This document shows, in pieces, positions 8,909-17,343 of a stretch of DNA of 20,000 nt. The stretch lies in the IMG/VR virus record IMGVR_UViG_3300048762_000476; one strand, 5' to 3'. The notes beneath the pieces were generated by a model. It worked only from the letters and a program-made list of their open reading frames with translations, was not told the DNA's origin and did no database searches. This stretch comes from an uncultured virus (IMG/VR IMGVR_UViG_3300048762_000476). Taxonomy: Duplodnaviria > Heunggongvirae > Uroviricota > Caudoviricetes. The translations under genes were made by a program, and so were the position numbers. The number at the start of each line of letters is the position of its first letter. Positions within the stretch are counted from its first letter, which is position 1.

Positions 8909-9097
8909 TCAGACGCCGGGCAGGTACGTCGCGCGGCGCAGCAGTTCCGAGAGCGGGTCGTGCAGGTTGTGGCTGACGCCGCGCGCCGCGCCACGGCATG
9001 TGAAGAGCTCGCTGAGGTCCGGCTCGACGTTTCGCGGGCCGCCAATGTCCTGCTGGGCGGTCGTGCTGTTGCTAGTGGTTGTCTCTGTGGCTACCAT
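8909..9097 (-). CDS. Small hypothetical protein, about 62 aa
   Basis: GGAG RBS before GTG/ATG (9100/9097); lies between two terminator-like hairpins. Confidence 0.5.
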   Translation of the reverse strand: MVATETTTSNSTTAQQDIGGPRNVEPDLSELFTCRGAARGVSHNLHDPLSELLRRATYLPGV

Positions 9098-9154
9098 CAC
9101 TGGCTCCATTCACTTGTGGTTTGGAAAAGGGCGCCGCTGGAACCGGCGCTTGTA

Positions 9155-9197
9155 GGACGCGAAAGAGCCCGGCCTCCGCGAGGAGGTACCGGGCTCG
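9155..9197 (-). terminator. Intrinsic-terminator-like hairpin, family copy 3
   Basis: Minus strand GAGCCCGG-TA-CCTCC-TCGC-GGAGG-CCGGGCTC-TTTCGCGTCC. Confidence 0.65.
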
Positions 9198-9331
9198 ATC
9201 GTTTTTGCGGCCTCAGTCGGCCGCGTGGCTTGTCTCATTCAGCGTGCGAGGAGCCACCTCGCAACGGACGCACCCCCACGTCAAGGGGCGCGTTTCGACA
9301 TCAGCTCGCTCACGAGACTCCGGCGGCGGCG

Positions 9332-9940
9332 CTAGGGCGCGGTGCGCTCTGAGGCTTCGCGGGCATGTGTTTCCTCGATGATCTCGCTGAGGCGGCGCGG
9401 CTCGAAGCCGAGGTCGCGCTCGATCGGCAGGGGCGAGCGGAAGGTGGCGAGTTCCTGCATCGAGGAGTCGCCGAAGCTGCTGCCCGGCAGCGGGCCGATC
9501 TGAAAGCCGGTGAGTACCAGCTGCCCGCTGTAATCGGTGACGGCCACGACGTAGTAGACGAGCCCGCTGAGCGGGTGAAACAGCCTGATCTTCGCGATCA
9601 CCCGCTCGCTGCCGGGCAGATCCTCGTAGGTTGGGAGCCGGTCCTCGGGGCGCAGGTAGCGGTAGGCGGGGCCGCGAAAGCGCCGGTCGGGCTGCTGGTA
9701 GGCCGGGGAGAGCGCCGGCGCGGGGAGCAGCTCGGCGGCCTCGAGCAACCGCACGAGCTGCCCGCGTGATTGCTGTCCGTCGAACGGGGCGCCCTCATCG
9801 GTGCCGGGGGCCGATAGCGCAATGCCGAACGCGGTGTAGAACACACTCACGTTCCCGGACGCTGTTGTCAGTGTCGTCTCGCGGATCGGGACGCCACTGA
9901 CTCGCAGCTCCCGAACCTGTTTAGCTGGTGTCTCAGGCAT
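9332..9940 (-). CDS. DUF2958 domain protein with N-terminal extension, 202 aa
   Basis: KIRLFHP...YYV...G...FGDSSMQEL...LPIERDLGFEP matches the DUF2958 pattern; AAGGA RBS before ATG 9940. Confidence 0.75.
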   Translation of the reverse strand: MPETPAKQVRELRVSGVPIRETTLTTASGNVSVFYTAFGIALSAPGTDEGAPFDGQQSRGQLVRLLEAAELLPAPALSPAYQQPDRRFRGPAYRYLRPEDRLPTYEDLPGSERVIAKIRLFHPLSGLVYYVVAVTDYSGQLVLTGFQIGPLPGSSFGDSSMQELATFRSPLPIERDLGFEPRRLSEIIEETHAREASERTAP

Positions 9941-9963
9941 TGAGGTAAATCCTTCCTTTGTCG

Positions 9964-10214
9964 TTAGCGGCACGCGTCTGTTTGGGGAGCGCGGGCTGTG
10001 GCGGAAATTGATGTCGCTGCCGCGGATTGCTGCTGGGGTGCGGCCGCGGGCGGGTTCACTACTCCCCGGCGGAAGTGCAGCCCAGCGGCGCTCGTGCTCA
10101 GCGGGCACTCACGCCGGTGCTCTGGCCACGCTGTTCGCCGCGGCGGCGCCAGCGCAGCCAACAGCGCCCCCACCAGCCGCGGGTACGGCGGGCGAGGTTC
10201 TTCCCGGTGTTCAT
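9964..10214 (-). CDS. Small hypothetical protein, about 83 aa, with an apparent -1 frameshift in a G5 run (plus-strand 10167-10171)
   Basis: ATG at 10214 after purine-rich AGAGAAAGAGAG. One extra G gives MNTGKNLARRTRGWWGALLAALAPPRRTAWPEHRRECPLS...; as sequenced it gives a 38-aa peptide. Confidence 0.45.
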
Positions 10215-10239
10215 CGAAATGCTCTCTTTCTCTGGTGGG

Positions 10240-10286
10240 TTGAGAACGGCAAAGGCCCGCCCTCAGAGGTGAGGACCGAGCCTTCG
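10240..10286 (-). terminator. Intrinsic-terminator-like hairpin, family copy 4
   Basis: Minus strand GAAGGCTCG-GT-CCTCA-CCTC-TGAGG-G-CGGGCCTTT-GCCGTTCTCAA. Confidence 0.65.
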
Positions 10287-10369
10287 CGTGCGGGCGAACG
10301 TGCCCGCGAGGGTGCTGGCGCGCCGCGCGTATGGCGGGGTGCGTTGCGGCGCGCGAGCGGCCGTGACTA

Positions 10370-11049
10370 TCAGCTGCTCAGCTGGCCGGTACTGGTGAGC
10401 GACGCGTCGAGTGAGAACCACAGCGCCGCGATCGGCAGCGAGGGGTCGCTGGCGTCGAGGGACCCGCGCGCTTCGAGTTTGTCTCTAACCTCGCCGTGCT
10501 CGCGGTCAAGGGTGCTCTCGAGGTCCCGCACTGGCCGCCCTGGCGTGCAAGCGCGACGCGATACGCGCGCCTGCCCAGGGGCGGCTAGCTCGAGGCCGCT
10601 CCGTCGCGGGCGATGCCGGCTTCGAAGCCGTCGCTGAAACGCACGGCGACGTAGCCATCGGGGAGCGCGATGACATCGCCCAGGCTGACGGTCGCGTAAT
10701 GGCTTGGCTCGTGAAGGCGTGAGCGGAACAGTCGTGCAAGGGCGATCCCCTTTGCGGCCGTTGGGGTCTCGCCTGCGGGCGGTACGACGCGCTCCTGCCC
10801 TTCGGCGCGGTGGGCCAGTTGGGCGAGGCGGCCGGCGAGGCTATCGCGAAAGACGAGCGTCGTGCGGATCTCCGTTGAGGTGCCGAGCAGCCAGGAGGCG
10901 AGCTCAGCGAGCGAGTCCGATGGCTGGCTGGCCGGATCGCAGCTTGGGATGGGCCTATCGCTGCTGTGCAACCGCTCGCTCGCACGAAACTCGGTGAGCG
11001 CGACCACAGCGAGCACGCCGCCGGGGGACACGCGCATCTGGCCACTCAT
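10370..11049 (-). CDS. Hypothetical protein, about 226 aa, with an apparent -1 frameshift near 10600
   Basis: ATGA overlap with 11046..11276. The ORF stops at 10585, but the frame GLELAAPGQARV...RDLESTLDREHGEVRDKLE...QLSS* continues to 10370. The span is 680 nt (3n-1). Confidence 0.65.
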
Positions 11050-11276
11050 GCCTCGTCTGCCCGCTGGTCGTATTCGCGGGCTTGCTGCTGGGTGCGCTCG
11101 CATTGCTCGCACGCCTCCCCGGCGTGGTTTGTCCACGGATGGTCGTGCTCGGGCTTGGGCTGGCAGCTCCAGCGCAGCCCGGCGCGCTCGGCGAGCTCGT
11201 CCAGCAGCGCGAGCTCGTCGTCTTTGGCGACGTCGTACATCTGCGCGACCTGGTCGCGCTCGCTATGAAGTGTCAT
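11046..11276 (-). CDS. Small putative Zn-binding protein, 76 aa
   Basis: AAAGGAG RBS; AGLRWSC...HDHPWTN...CEQC. Confidence 0.8.
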   Translation of the reverse strand: MTLHSERDQVAQMYDVAKDDELALLDELAERAGLRWSCQPKPEHDHPWTNHAGEACEQCERTQQQAREYDQRADEA

Positions 11277-11397
11277 CGGGTACTGCTCCTTTCATTGAAG
11301 GTACGTGAGGCCGCGCGGGCTGCCCGGCCTGGCCCGGCGGCGCGCGGGTGGCTGAACGCGGGCGGCCCGGGGATGGAGCGCCCGCCGCGCCTGCTGC

Positions 11398-11691
11398 TCA
11401 GACGGGCGCGAGGACCCGGTAATCGACCATCAGCGCGCGCAGCGCGTCGTCATCGAGCGGCTCGTCGAACGAGGTGAGGTCGTCCCGGTCGGCGTACATG
11501 TCGACTTCCTCGCCGGCGAGGACGTGCGCCGTGTAATCGACACTGACGCCGCTCGTGTCATTCCAGTGAATGGTCGTCTTGGTCACCTTGACCCCGTCGA
11601 TCTCGCGCTCACGGGTCTCTTCACCGAGGATGCGTGTTCCCGGTACGGGCATCGCGTCCTGCCTTCCTGTAGTAGTGGTGATCTCGCTCAT
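11398..11691 (-). CDS. Small acidic hypothetical protein, 97 aa
   Basis: ATGA overlap with the upstream gene (MSEITTTTG); the N-terminal part of track ORF 11398..12018 is not used. Confidence 0.75.
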   Translation of the reverse strand: MSEITTTTGRQDAMPVPGTRILGEETREREIDGVKVTKTTIHWNDTSGVSVDYTAHVLAGEEVDMYADRDDLTSFDEPLDDDALRALMVDYRVLAPV

Positions 11692-13013
11692 CGCGGCACC
11701 GCGCCCGCGAGTGCCGCTGTGACCGCATCGGGCTGGGGGAGCGCGAGCTGCTCGTGCTCGAGCGCCGCCCACCAGGCGCCGAACGACGGCAGCGCCTTCT
11801 CGACGGCGCCGGCCGGGCCGGCGACCACGAAGGACTCGCGTGTCGGCAGCCGCTCGCCGCGGCGCAGCCGGTAGACGCGCTCGATCCCGTCGTGCGTGTG
11901 TACCGGTCCGAGCGAGCGCACGCGGGCCTCGCACTGCGACCTGGAGCCGTGGGCGAGGATCCGCAGGTCGCGGTTTGCCATGTGCACCTTCAGCGGGTCC
12001 TCCCGCTTCGGCCGCCACAGGCGGCGGACCTCATACACCGAGTGCGCCACCGTGTCGAGGTGCGCCCGGAACCGCTCGACGATCTCAGGGCGCTGCTCGG
12101 CGAGCAGGTCGATCAGCCGCTCGCCGGCGATCAGCCCGCCGCGCGGGTTCAAACACAACGCGCGCCACTCCAACAGCAGCGCTTCGAGCGCGGCCTGCGG
12201 CCGGGTGTCGTAGCGAACAACAATTCGCTCCCTTCCAGCCTTCGAGGTCATGGCAAACGGGCAAAAGAAACACGCCGACTTTGGCCAATCCGCGACGCCG
12301 GTGATCTGCTCGATGTAGCGCCGGCACGCCTCCCGGTCCCATCCCCAGTTGATCAGCGGGAACTCGGCGACCCGGTGCGGCGTGTCGTATTCGCTGGCTT
12401 GGCGGGCGCGGGCCTGCTCGCCGATCTCGAAGCCGAACGCGAGACGGCCGGGCATGTGACGCTGGCAGTCATCGGCGCGGCGCTGCTCACCGATCTCAAA
12501 GCCGAACGCGTGCCGGACCGCCAGCGGCGCGAACTGCTCCAGGTAGGTGTCGATCACCCATCCCTTGAACTTCATGCTGCACCGGCGGGTGCCGCCGACC
12601 TGTGGGACGGTCCCGGCGACGGTCAGCTCATCAGAGAGCTTGTAGGCGCCATCGAGATAGGCCCGGGAGGGTTCGGTGGTGTCTGAGAGGACACGGATCC
12701 CTTCGGCTTGTCGGCTGCCTGCCCGGGCGAGTTGCGCGTAACGGACGCCGGCGGCGCACAACCTCGGCAGGATGTGTTCTTCGACGAGCTTCCCGGTGCG
12801 CGGCCACTCATCCCCGGTCATCGCGGTCACGATGAGCAGCTGGTCGAGTGGAAAGTCGCGGCTCGAGGGATCCTCGAGAAATCTCAGGAGGACGGCCGTG
12901 CTATCTACCCCCAAGCCGTAGCTCAACACGACTTGGGCGCCGGACGGCGAGCCGACATCACCGCTGACCCGCGGCTGGCGGGGGCTGGCGGCAGGGGGAC
13001 TGGACGTGCTCAA
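11688..13013 (-). CDS. PP-loop (adenine nucleotide alpha-hydrolase) PAPS-reductase/DndC-like protein, about 441 aa
   Basis: SYGLGVDST (PP-loop variant), RRCSMKFK, GFEIGE..RA, FPLINWGWDREAC, KSACFFCPF. TTG start 8 nt after AAAGGAG. Confidence 0.75.
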   Translation of the reverse strand: MSTSSPPAASPRQPRVSGDVGSPSGAQVVLSYGLGVDSTAVLLRFLEDPSSRDFPLDQLLIVTAMTGDEWPRTGKLVEEHILPRLCAAGVRYAQLARAGSRQAEGIRVLSDTTEPSRAYLDGAYKLSDELTVAGTVPQVGGTRRCSMKFKGWVIDTYLEQFAPLAVRHAFGFEIGEQRRADDCQRHMPGRLAFGFEIGEQARARQASEYDTPHRVAEFPLINWGWDREACRRYIEQITGVADWPKSACFFCPFAMTSKAGRERIVVRYDTRPQAALEALLLEWRALCLNPRGGLIAGERLIDLLAEQRPEIVERFRAHLDTVAHSVYEVRRLWRPKREDPLKVHMANRDLRILAHGSRSQCEARVRSLGPVHTHDGIERVYRLRRGERLPTRESFVVAGPAGAVEKALPSFGAWWAALEHEQLALPQPDAVTAALAGAVPR

Positions 13014-13157
13014 GGGGCACGCTCCTTTCATCGGGACGTGGTGTCGGCGCAGCGGTGGTGGGGTCTGGCTGCGGCGAGCGGAGTTGGAGGGCGTCGAGCG
13101 GCCGCGTCGCCCTGTCAGCGACTTGCTTCGCAATCACCAGCGGACGCGCCGTGCATC

Positions 13158-13390
13158 TCACGCGGCTTTCTCGGTCCGGGTGCCCTTGGGCGTGTAGATC
13201 TCGACGCGCGGCCGGTCGCTCTCTGTCCAGCGCCACGTGCGGCCGGTGTCCTTCAGGCGAAGCGCCAGCTCTTCCTCCTCGTCGTCGTACGCGAAATCAG
13301 GCGCGCGGCTCATCCGCGCGCGCAGCTGCGCGATCGAGAGGTGCGCGAAGCGCCTGGGGGCGCTGTGGGATCAGTACCCGTTTGTGGCAT
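13158..13390 (-). CDS. Small hypothetical protein, 77 aa, with an apparent -1 frameshift in a C5 run (plus-strand 13356-13360)
   Basis: GAAAGGA RBS. One extra C gives MPQTGTDPTAPPRRFAHLSIAQLRARMSRAPDFAYDDEEEELALRLKDTGRTWRW...EKAA*. Confidence 0.7.
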
Positions 13391-13493
13391 GGCTTCCTTT
13401 CTCACCCGGCGGGTGGGAGGACGTGGATCGCTGCGGCCTGTGCCGCAGGGTGGCGCCCGGGCAGCACCAGCGGCGCCCTCGGCGGCGGCGCGC

Positions 13494-14462
13494 TCAGGCC
13501 GCAAGCGCGCCTGGGGTGCTCTGGCCGATGTCGGCGGCGAGCGCCGGCTCGGCCGCGAGGATGAAGTCGCAGGCGCGCTGCGCTTGGCTGGCGGCGAGAA
13601 CTAGCAGCTTCGGGTCCTCGCGCAGTTTGCTCGTCCATGAGGCGATGTAGGCGGCGGTGTTGATCTCCAGCGACGGCACGGCGATGTCGGCGATCGCGCA
13701 CAGAAACGCGGCGCCCATCTCGGCGACGAGCTCCTCGCGCGAGTACCCGGGCCCGGCGAACTCGCTGATCTGCATGATCTCCTTGCGGGCGAGCCGCCGA
13801 CGATGCCCGGTGGCGTGGACGTGCTCGTGGTAGGAGGTCGCGTAGTAGGCCTCGGAGCTCTCGAAGCACTCTGGCTGCGGGAGCCCGACCGTGTCCGTGG
13901 CGGGCCGGTAGTAGGCGCGTGAGCCGCCGTGAATGACGCGCGGCGGGTCGGGCATCTTCGCCAGCAGTGAACGCGCGGCCTCGAGCGGCGCGAACGCCTC
14001 CGGGGCCGGCGGCGGCGGGATCCGCTCGTCAAGGCCGTCGCACTGCTCGGTGTTGAATACGTTGTAGTGGCGCAGCAGCGGGATCCGCCTGGGGCGCTGC
14101 TCGTCATCGTCATCTGAGGGAAGCAGAAGCTGCTTCCAGAAGACGATCATCGTGCTCGTCTCGCCGCGGCGCACCGCACCGCCGAGCGCGATCGCCTGGC
14201 CAAAAGTCACCCAATAGGGTGAGGTGTAGCCCTCGGTGGCGGCGGTGAGGTCGAGTAGCAACGTGTTCACGCCGCGGTAGCGCTTCTTGGAGGCGAGGTT
14301 GAGATGGGTGTAGCGGTCGCTGTCTGTGTGGCGCGCGACTCGCCAGGGCCGCCGCCAGGGGACGACGCCCCGCTTGAGCGCGGCCAGGATGCGGCCGGTC
14401 ACCTCGGCGTAGATGTCGCGCGACGGCCGACCGGAGCGCTTTTTCGCGCGGGTAGAGCTCAT
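13494..14462 (-). CDS. ardC: ArdC family antirestriction protein (ssDNA-binding N-domain plus zincin-like/MPTase domain), 322 aa
   Basis: VPWRRPW, YRGVN, WVTFGQA..GGAVRRGE, VFNTEQCDG, AYYRP..D.V.LP, HEHVHATGH, YSREELVAEMGAAFL, AYIASW; AAAGGAG RBS. Confidence 0.93.
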   Translation of the reverse strand: MSSTRAKKRSGRPSRDIYAEVTGRILAALKRGVVPWRRPWRVARHTDSDRYTHLNLASKKRYRGVNTLLLDLTAATEGYTSPYWVTFGQAIALGGAVRRGETSTMIVFWKQLLLPSDDDDEQRPRRIPLLRHYNVFNTEQCDGLDERIPPPPAPEAFAPLEAARSLLAKMPDPPRVIHGGSRAYYRPATDTVGLPQPECFESSEAYYATSYHEHVHATGHRRRLARKEIMQISEFAGPGYSREELVAEMGAAFLCAIADIAVPSLEINTAAYIASWTSKLREDPKLLVLAASQAQRACDFILAAEPALAADIGQSTPGALAA

Positions 14463-14583
14463 GTGGTTCTCCTTTGTGAGATCTGCGCTCCCCGTGGCGC
14501 AACGGAACAGCCAGATGGCAGTCCGTGCGGGCGGCGAGGCGTGTTCGGGCGCCTTGCGGCGAGCCCTGTGCGTTACGGTGCGC

Positions 14584-15000
14584 TCAGGCGGCGAGCAGCG
14601 GCGAGAGCTCGCTGCCGCCGTGCCGGCGCCTGGGGGCGCGCTGTGCGCAAGCGGCGTTCACCAGCACCACCAAGGCGAGGCCGTGAGCGGCGATACGGTC
14701 GACGTGCAACTCGACGGCGAGCTCCCGCGCCTGCTCTTTCCGCACGCCGTCCCTGGTGAACAGCGCGTCGGCAAGCGCACGGCCCTCGCTCTCACCACGC
14801 ACGTCGCTGAACCGCCGGGCGATGAAGCGGTATATGCCGCGACGCTGCGTTTTGAGCTCACGGATCGCGCGAGCGAGTTGTGTCTCGCCGACCGGCTGGC
14901 CTGCGAGGAATCTCTCGAGCAGCTCGCGTGCCTCCTTGCCGCGCTCAGCGCGAGCGCGCTTGTACACCTCGGTCGCGACCGTCTCGTTGGTGTCCTTCAT
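14584..15000 (-). CDS. Helical hypothetical protein, 138 aa
   Basis: GAAGGAG RBS before ATG 15000. Confidence 0.75.
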   Translation of the reverse strand: MKDTNETVATEVYKRARAERGKEARELLERFLAGQPVGETQLARAIRELKTQRRGIYRFIARRFSDVRGESEGRALADALFTRDGVRKEQARELAVELHVDRIAAHGLALVVLVNAACAQRAPRRRHGGSELSPLLAA

Positions 15001-15229
15001 GTCCGACTCCTTCCGTTTCGATTGGCGCACCCTTTAGGCAGTTCGGCGTGGGCCGAAGCGCAATTGGTGCGAGGTCTTCGAGCCGCGCACCCCCACAGGG
15101 GGGCCGGCACATCTGGCGCAGCTCCTACGTCCCCCGTTGGGCGTGAGACTCGAGGCCCGCCCAGAGCGGGGTTGACGCGAACACGACCACCACTCGGTAG
15201 ATCGCGGACAGCTGCGAGTCATTCGGCGT

Positions 15230-15943
15230 TTACACGGCCGTCTGCTGCTCGCCTGCGGCTGGTGTGAAGATGTCCTCGAGCTCGCCGAGGTGGCGCTCGA
15301 TGCGACGCAGCGCGACAGCGGCCTCGTCGCGACGGCGCCGGCGCTCATCGAGCGTCCCGTCTGAGAGGCGCTGCTGGTGGCCGACGGTGAGCAGCGACTC
15401 CAGGCGCGCGAGCTCGGCGCGTTGGGCCACGCTGGCGGCGCGAGTGCAGTCGAGTGTTTCGACCTCGAGGCGATAGTGGCCCGGTGCCTGCCCGGCGAGC
15501 ACCGCGGGGCAGTCGCGGATGTTCGTCAGGAACGCCGAGAGCGGGTCCTTGCCGTTGACCGCGTAGCCGGCCGCGAGCGTCCGCTCATACCACTCGCGGT
15601 AGTGGATCTCCTCACCGGCGCGCTGCGCCCACAACAGTTTCCCGGCCTCCCGGCGCAACTCGACGCCGCCAACCGCACCGGCCGGTGGCGCTGCACCTCG
15701 ACCTGTGGCTGAGGGTGAAGGTGGTTGGTCGCCGCACAACTCGGCGAGCACGCCTCTGCGCCGCTCGCACTCGGCGATCTGCGCGTCGAGGTCAGCGAGC
15801 TTCGCGTGTGCGGCGTCGCGGCGGTCGTTCAGCGTCCTCATCGTTCGCTGCATCCTCGTGAGCTCGCGGCTTGCACAGCGAGCCATCGCGACCGACACGT
15901 GCGGCCCTGCCTTACGGCCACCGCTCGCGGGCTCGGCGGCCAT
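15230..15943 (-). CDS. Coiled-coil protein with central HARE-HTH-like winged helix, 237 aa
   Basis: TGATG overlap; IHYREWYERTLAAGYAVNGKDPLSAFLTNI resembles the HARE-HTH GK.P.AT pattern, flanked by heptad-like helices. Confidence 0.7.
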   Translation of the reverse strand: MAAEPASGGRKAGPHVSVAMARCASRELTRMQRTMRTLNDRRDAAHAKLADLDAQIAECERRRGVLAELCGDQPPSPSATGRGAAPPAGAVGGVELRREAGKLLWAQRAGEEIHYREWYERTLAAGYAVNGKDPLSAFLTNIRDCPAVLAGQAPGHYRLEVETLDCTRAASVAQRAELARLESLLTVGHQQRLSDGTLDERRRRRDEAAVALRRIERHLGELEDIFTPAAGEQQTAV

Positions 15944-16251
15944 CAGCGCTCCGCCCACCAGCGGCGCACGAATACGAGCGTCGCGACCGCGCCGGCGCCC
16001 GCGACCCAAGCGCCGCGTTCCCCAAGCTGCCACGCGATCACCCACACCAGCGTGAGCGCGAGTGGCACTGCGATCGCCGTCGAGCGACGCGAGCGGCCCT
16101 TGCGGTCGCTCGCCAGCAAGACGAGGAGCGTGGGCAGCACCGCCTTGGGCGGTTGCACGCCGCCCGTCGTCTTCAGCCACAACAGCGCCTCCGCGATCGC
16201 CATCGCGATCACCAGGCGCCACAGCACAGACGGCCGGTCACTCTCGGACAT
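15943..16251 (-). CDS. Small membrane protein (about 4 hydrophobic segments), 102 aa
   Basis: AAAGGAG RBS; four hydrophobic stretches. Confidence 0.8.
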   Translation of the reverse strand: MSESDRPSVLWRLVIAMAIAEALLWLKTTGGVQPPKAVLPTLLVLLASDRKGRSRRSTAIAVPLALTLVWVIAWQLGERGAWVAGAGAVATLVFVRRWWAER

Positions 16252-16669
16252 CGCCCTGCCTCCTTTCGGTCGGGTCGGTCGGGGCCGGCTGCGCGATCAG
16301 GCCATAGCGCTCGAACATCGCGGTGGCGATCTGCGCTTTGGCGTCTGCGACGGACACGCAGTCCGCGCAGACCGTCACACCGTCAAGTACCGCCAGGTAG
16401 CGGCAGCCCCCGGTTTCGGCGACGGTCGCTTCGTGGCGCCCGACGATGTCCGAGCCGGGCTCGCGGAACACGACCCGGCGCCGGCGGCGGTGCGGCGAAG
16501 CAGCGCCTCGAACGAGCCAGGCGCCCTCCTTGCAACGACCGCACAGGATCTCAAGCGTGACGCCGTGCAGCGTGCGCACGACACGCGCTCCCGGGACTGG
16601 GATCCGCTCGACCTCGATGATCGGCGGGCGCCGCCCCGTCGCGCTACTCGTTGTCTTGGGCGCGCTCAT
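16238..16669 (-). CDS. Putative Zn-binding hypothetical protein, 143 aa
   Basis: ATGA overlap with the upstream gene; CGRC and CADC pairs. Confidence 0.7.
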   Translation of the reverse strand: MSAPKTTSSATGRRPPIIEVERIPVPGARVVRTLHGVTLEILCGRCKEGAWLVRGAASPHRRRRRVVFREPGSDIVGRHEATVAETGGCRYLAVLDGVTVCADCVSVADAKAQIATAMFERYGLIAQPAPTDPTERRQGDVRE

Positions 16670-17343
16670 GAGCGGCTCGTCTCGGGCGGCTCGCTGAGCG
16701 CGCCCGCGTCGAGCGCTCGGCGTTGGATGCGTTCGATCCAGCGTCCGCCGCCGTGCGCCCAATCGTGCCCGTGCTCGTCGAGGTCGACGCTGCCGTAGAA
16801 CAACGGGCCGGGGTCGGCCGCGATGAGCTTGCGAATCGCGTCCGCGTCGTGGATCTCGCAGCCGCGGGCGCGCAACAGCGCGATCCCCTCGTCAGGGTCG
16901 CTGTATTCGATCCGCTCGCCGATGAACTCCTCCCCGGTGCGCAACGCGACGCGGTCGCGGTAAAGCTGGTTGGCGTACTCGCACAGACGCGCGAGCACGA
17001 GCTCTGACCATTGCGGATTGGCGAACCCAAACTCGTCGTCGGTGATCAACAGCGAGGGTTCGACGATGACGCTAAGGGCGCGCTGGGCCCCACCGGTGCT
17101 CTCGGGATCGCGCAGCTCAACCTGCACGCTGGTACCGCCACGGAAGGGGACGGCGCGGACGAGGAGCGCGAGCTCGCTCGGACCGGCGATGCGTCGCCCG
17201 CGCTGCAGGAACACGCGTTCGACCGCGCCTGCCGGCGCGTCGGCTTGAGGGCCTCCCGGCAGCGTCGCATCGGCGGGCGATGCGGGCGGCGTGAGCGTGA
17301 ACGGCTCCTCGTTGGCGGCGGGTGATGTGGATGGTGTGGACAT
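16666..17343 (-). CDS. Hypothetical protein, 225 aa
   Basis: AAGGAGGT RBS before ATG 17343 (MSTPSTS). Confidence 0.8.
   Translation of the reverse strand: MSTPSTSPAANEEPFTLTPPASPADATLPGGPQADAPAGAVERVFLQRGRRIAGPSELALLVRAVPFRGGTSVQVELRDPESTGGAQRALSVIVEPSLLITDDEFGFANPQWSELVLARLCEYANQLYRDRVALRTGEEFIGERIEYSDPDEGIALLRARGCEIHDADAIRKLIAADPGPLFYGSVDLDEHGHDWAHGGGRWIERIQRRALDAGALSEPPETSRS

Noticed and set aside
9290..9310. Hammerhead ribozyme suggested by minus-strand CTGATG...GAAA
   Set aside because: The core reads CUGAUGUC rather than CUGAUGA, and there is no stem II between it and GAAA.
10098..10214. 38-aa Arg/Trp-rich antimicrobial-like peptide
   Set aside because: More simply explained as the out-of-frame product of a one-base deletion in a G5 run.
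7110..10286. CRISPR or other regularly spaced array from the repeated hairpins
   Set aside because: Copies are degenerate, irregularly spaced and separated by whole genes; no cas genes.
11688..13133. Upstream starts from the ORF track (13133; likewise 4332, 10108, 16222, 17523, 19534)
   Set aside because: The extensions are low-complexity; better RBS-linked or overlap-coupled starts lie downstream.
15170..15205. Plus-strand promoter from TTGACG
   Set aside because: No -10 at 16-18 bp and no credible plus-strand gene downstream.
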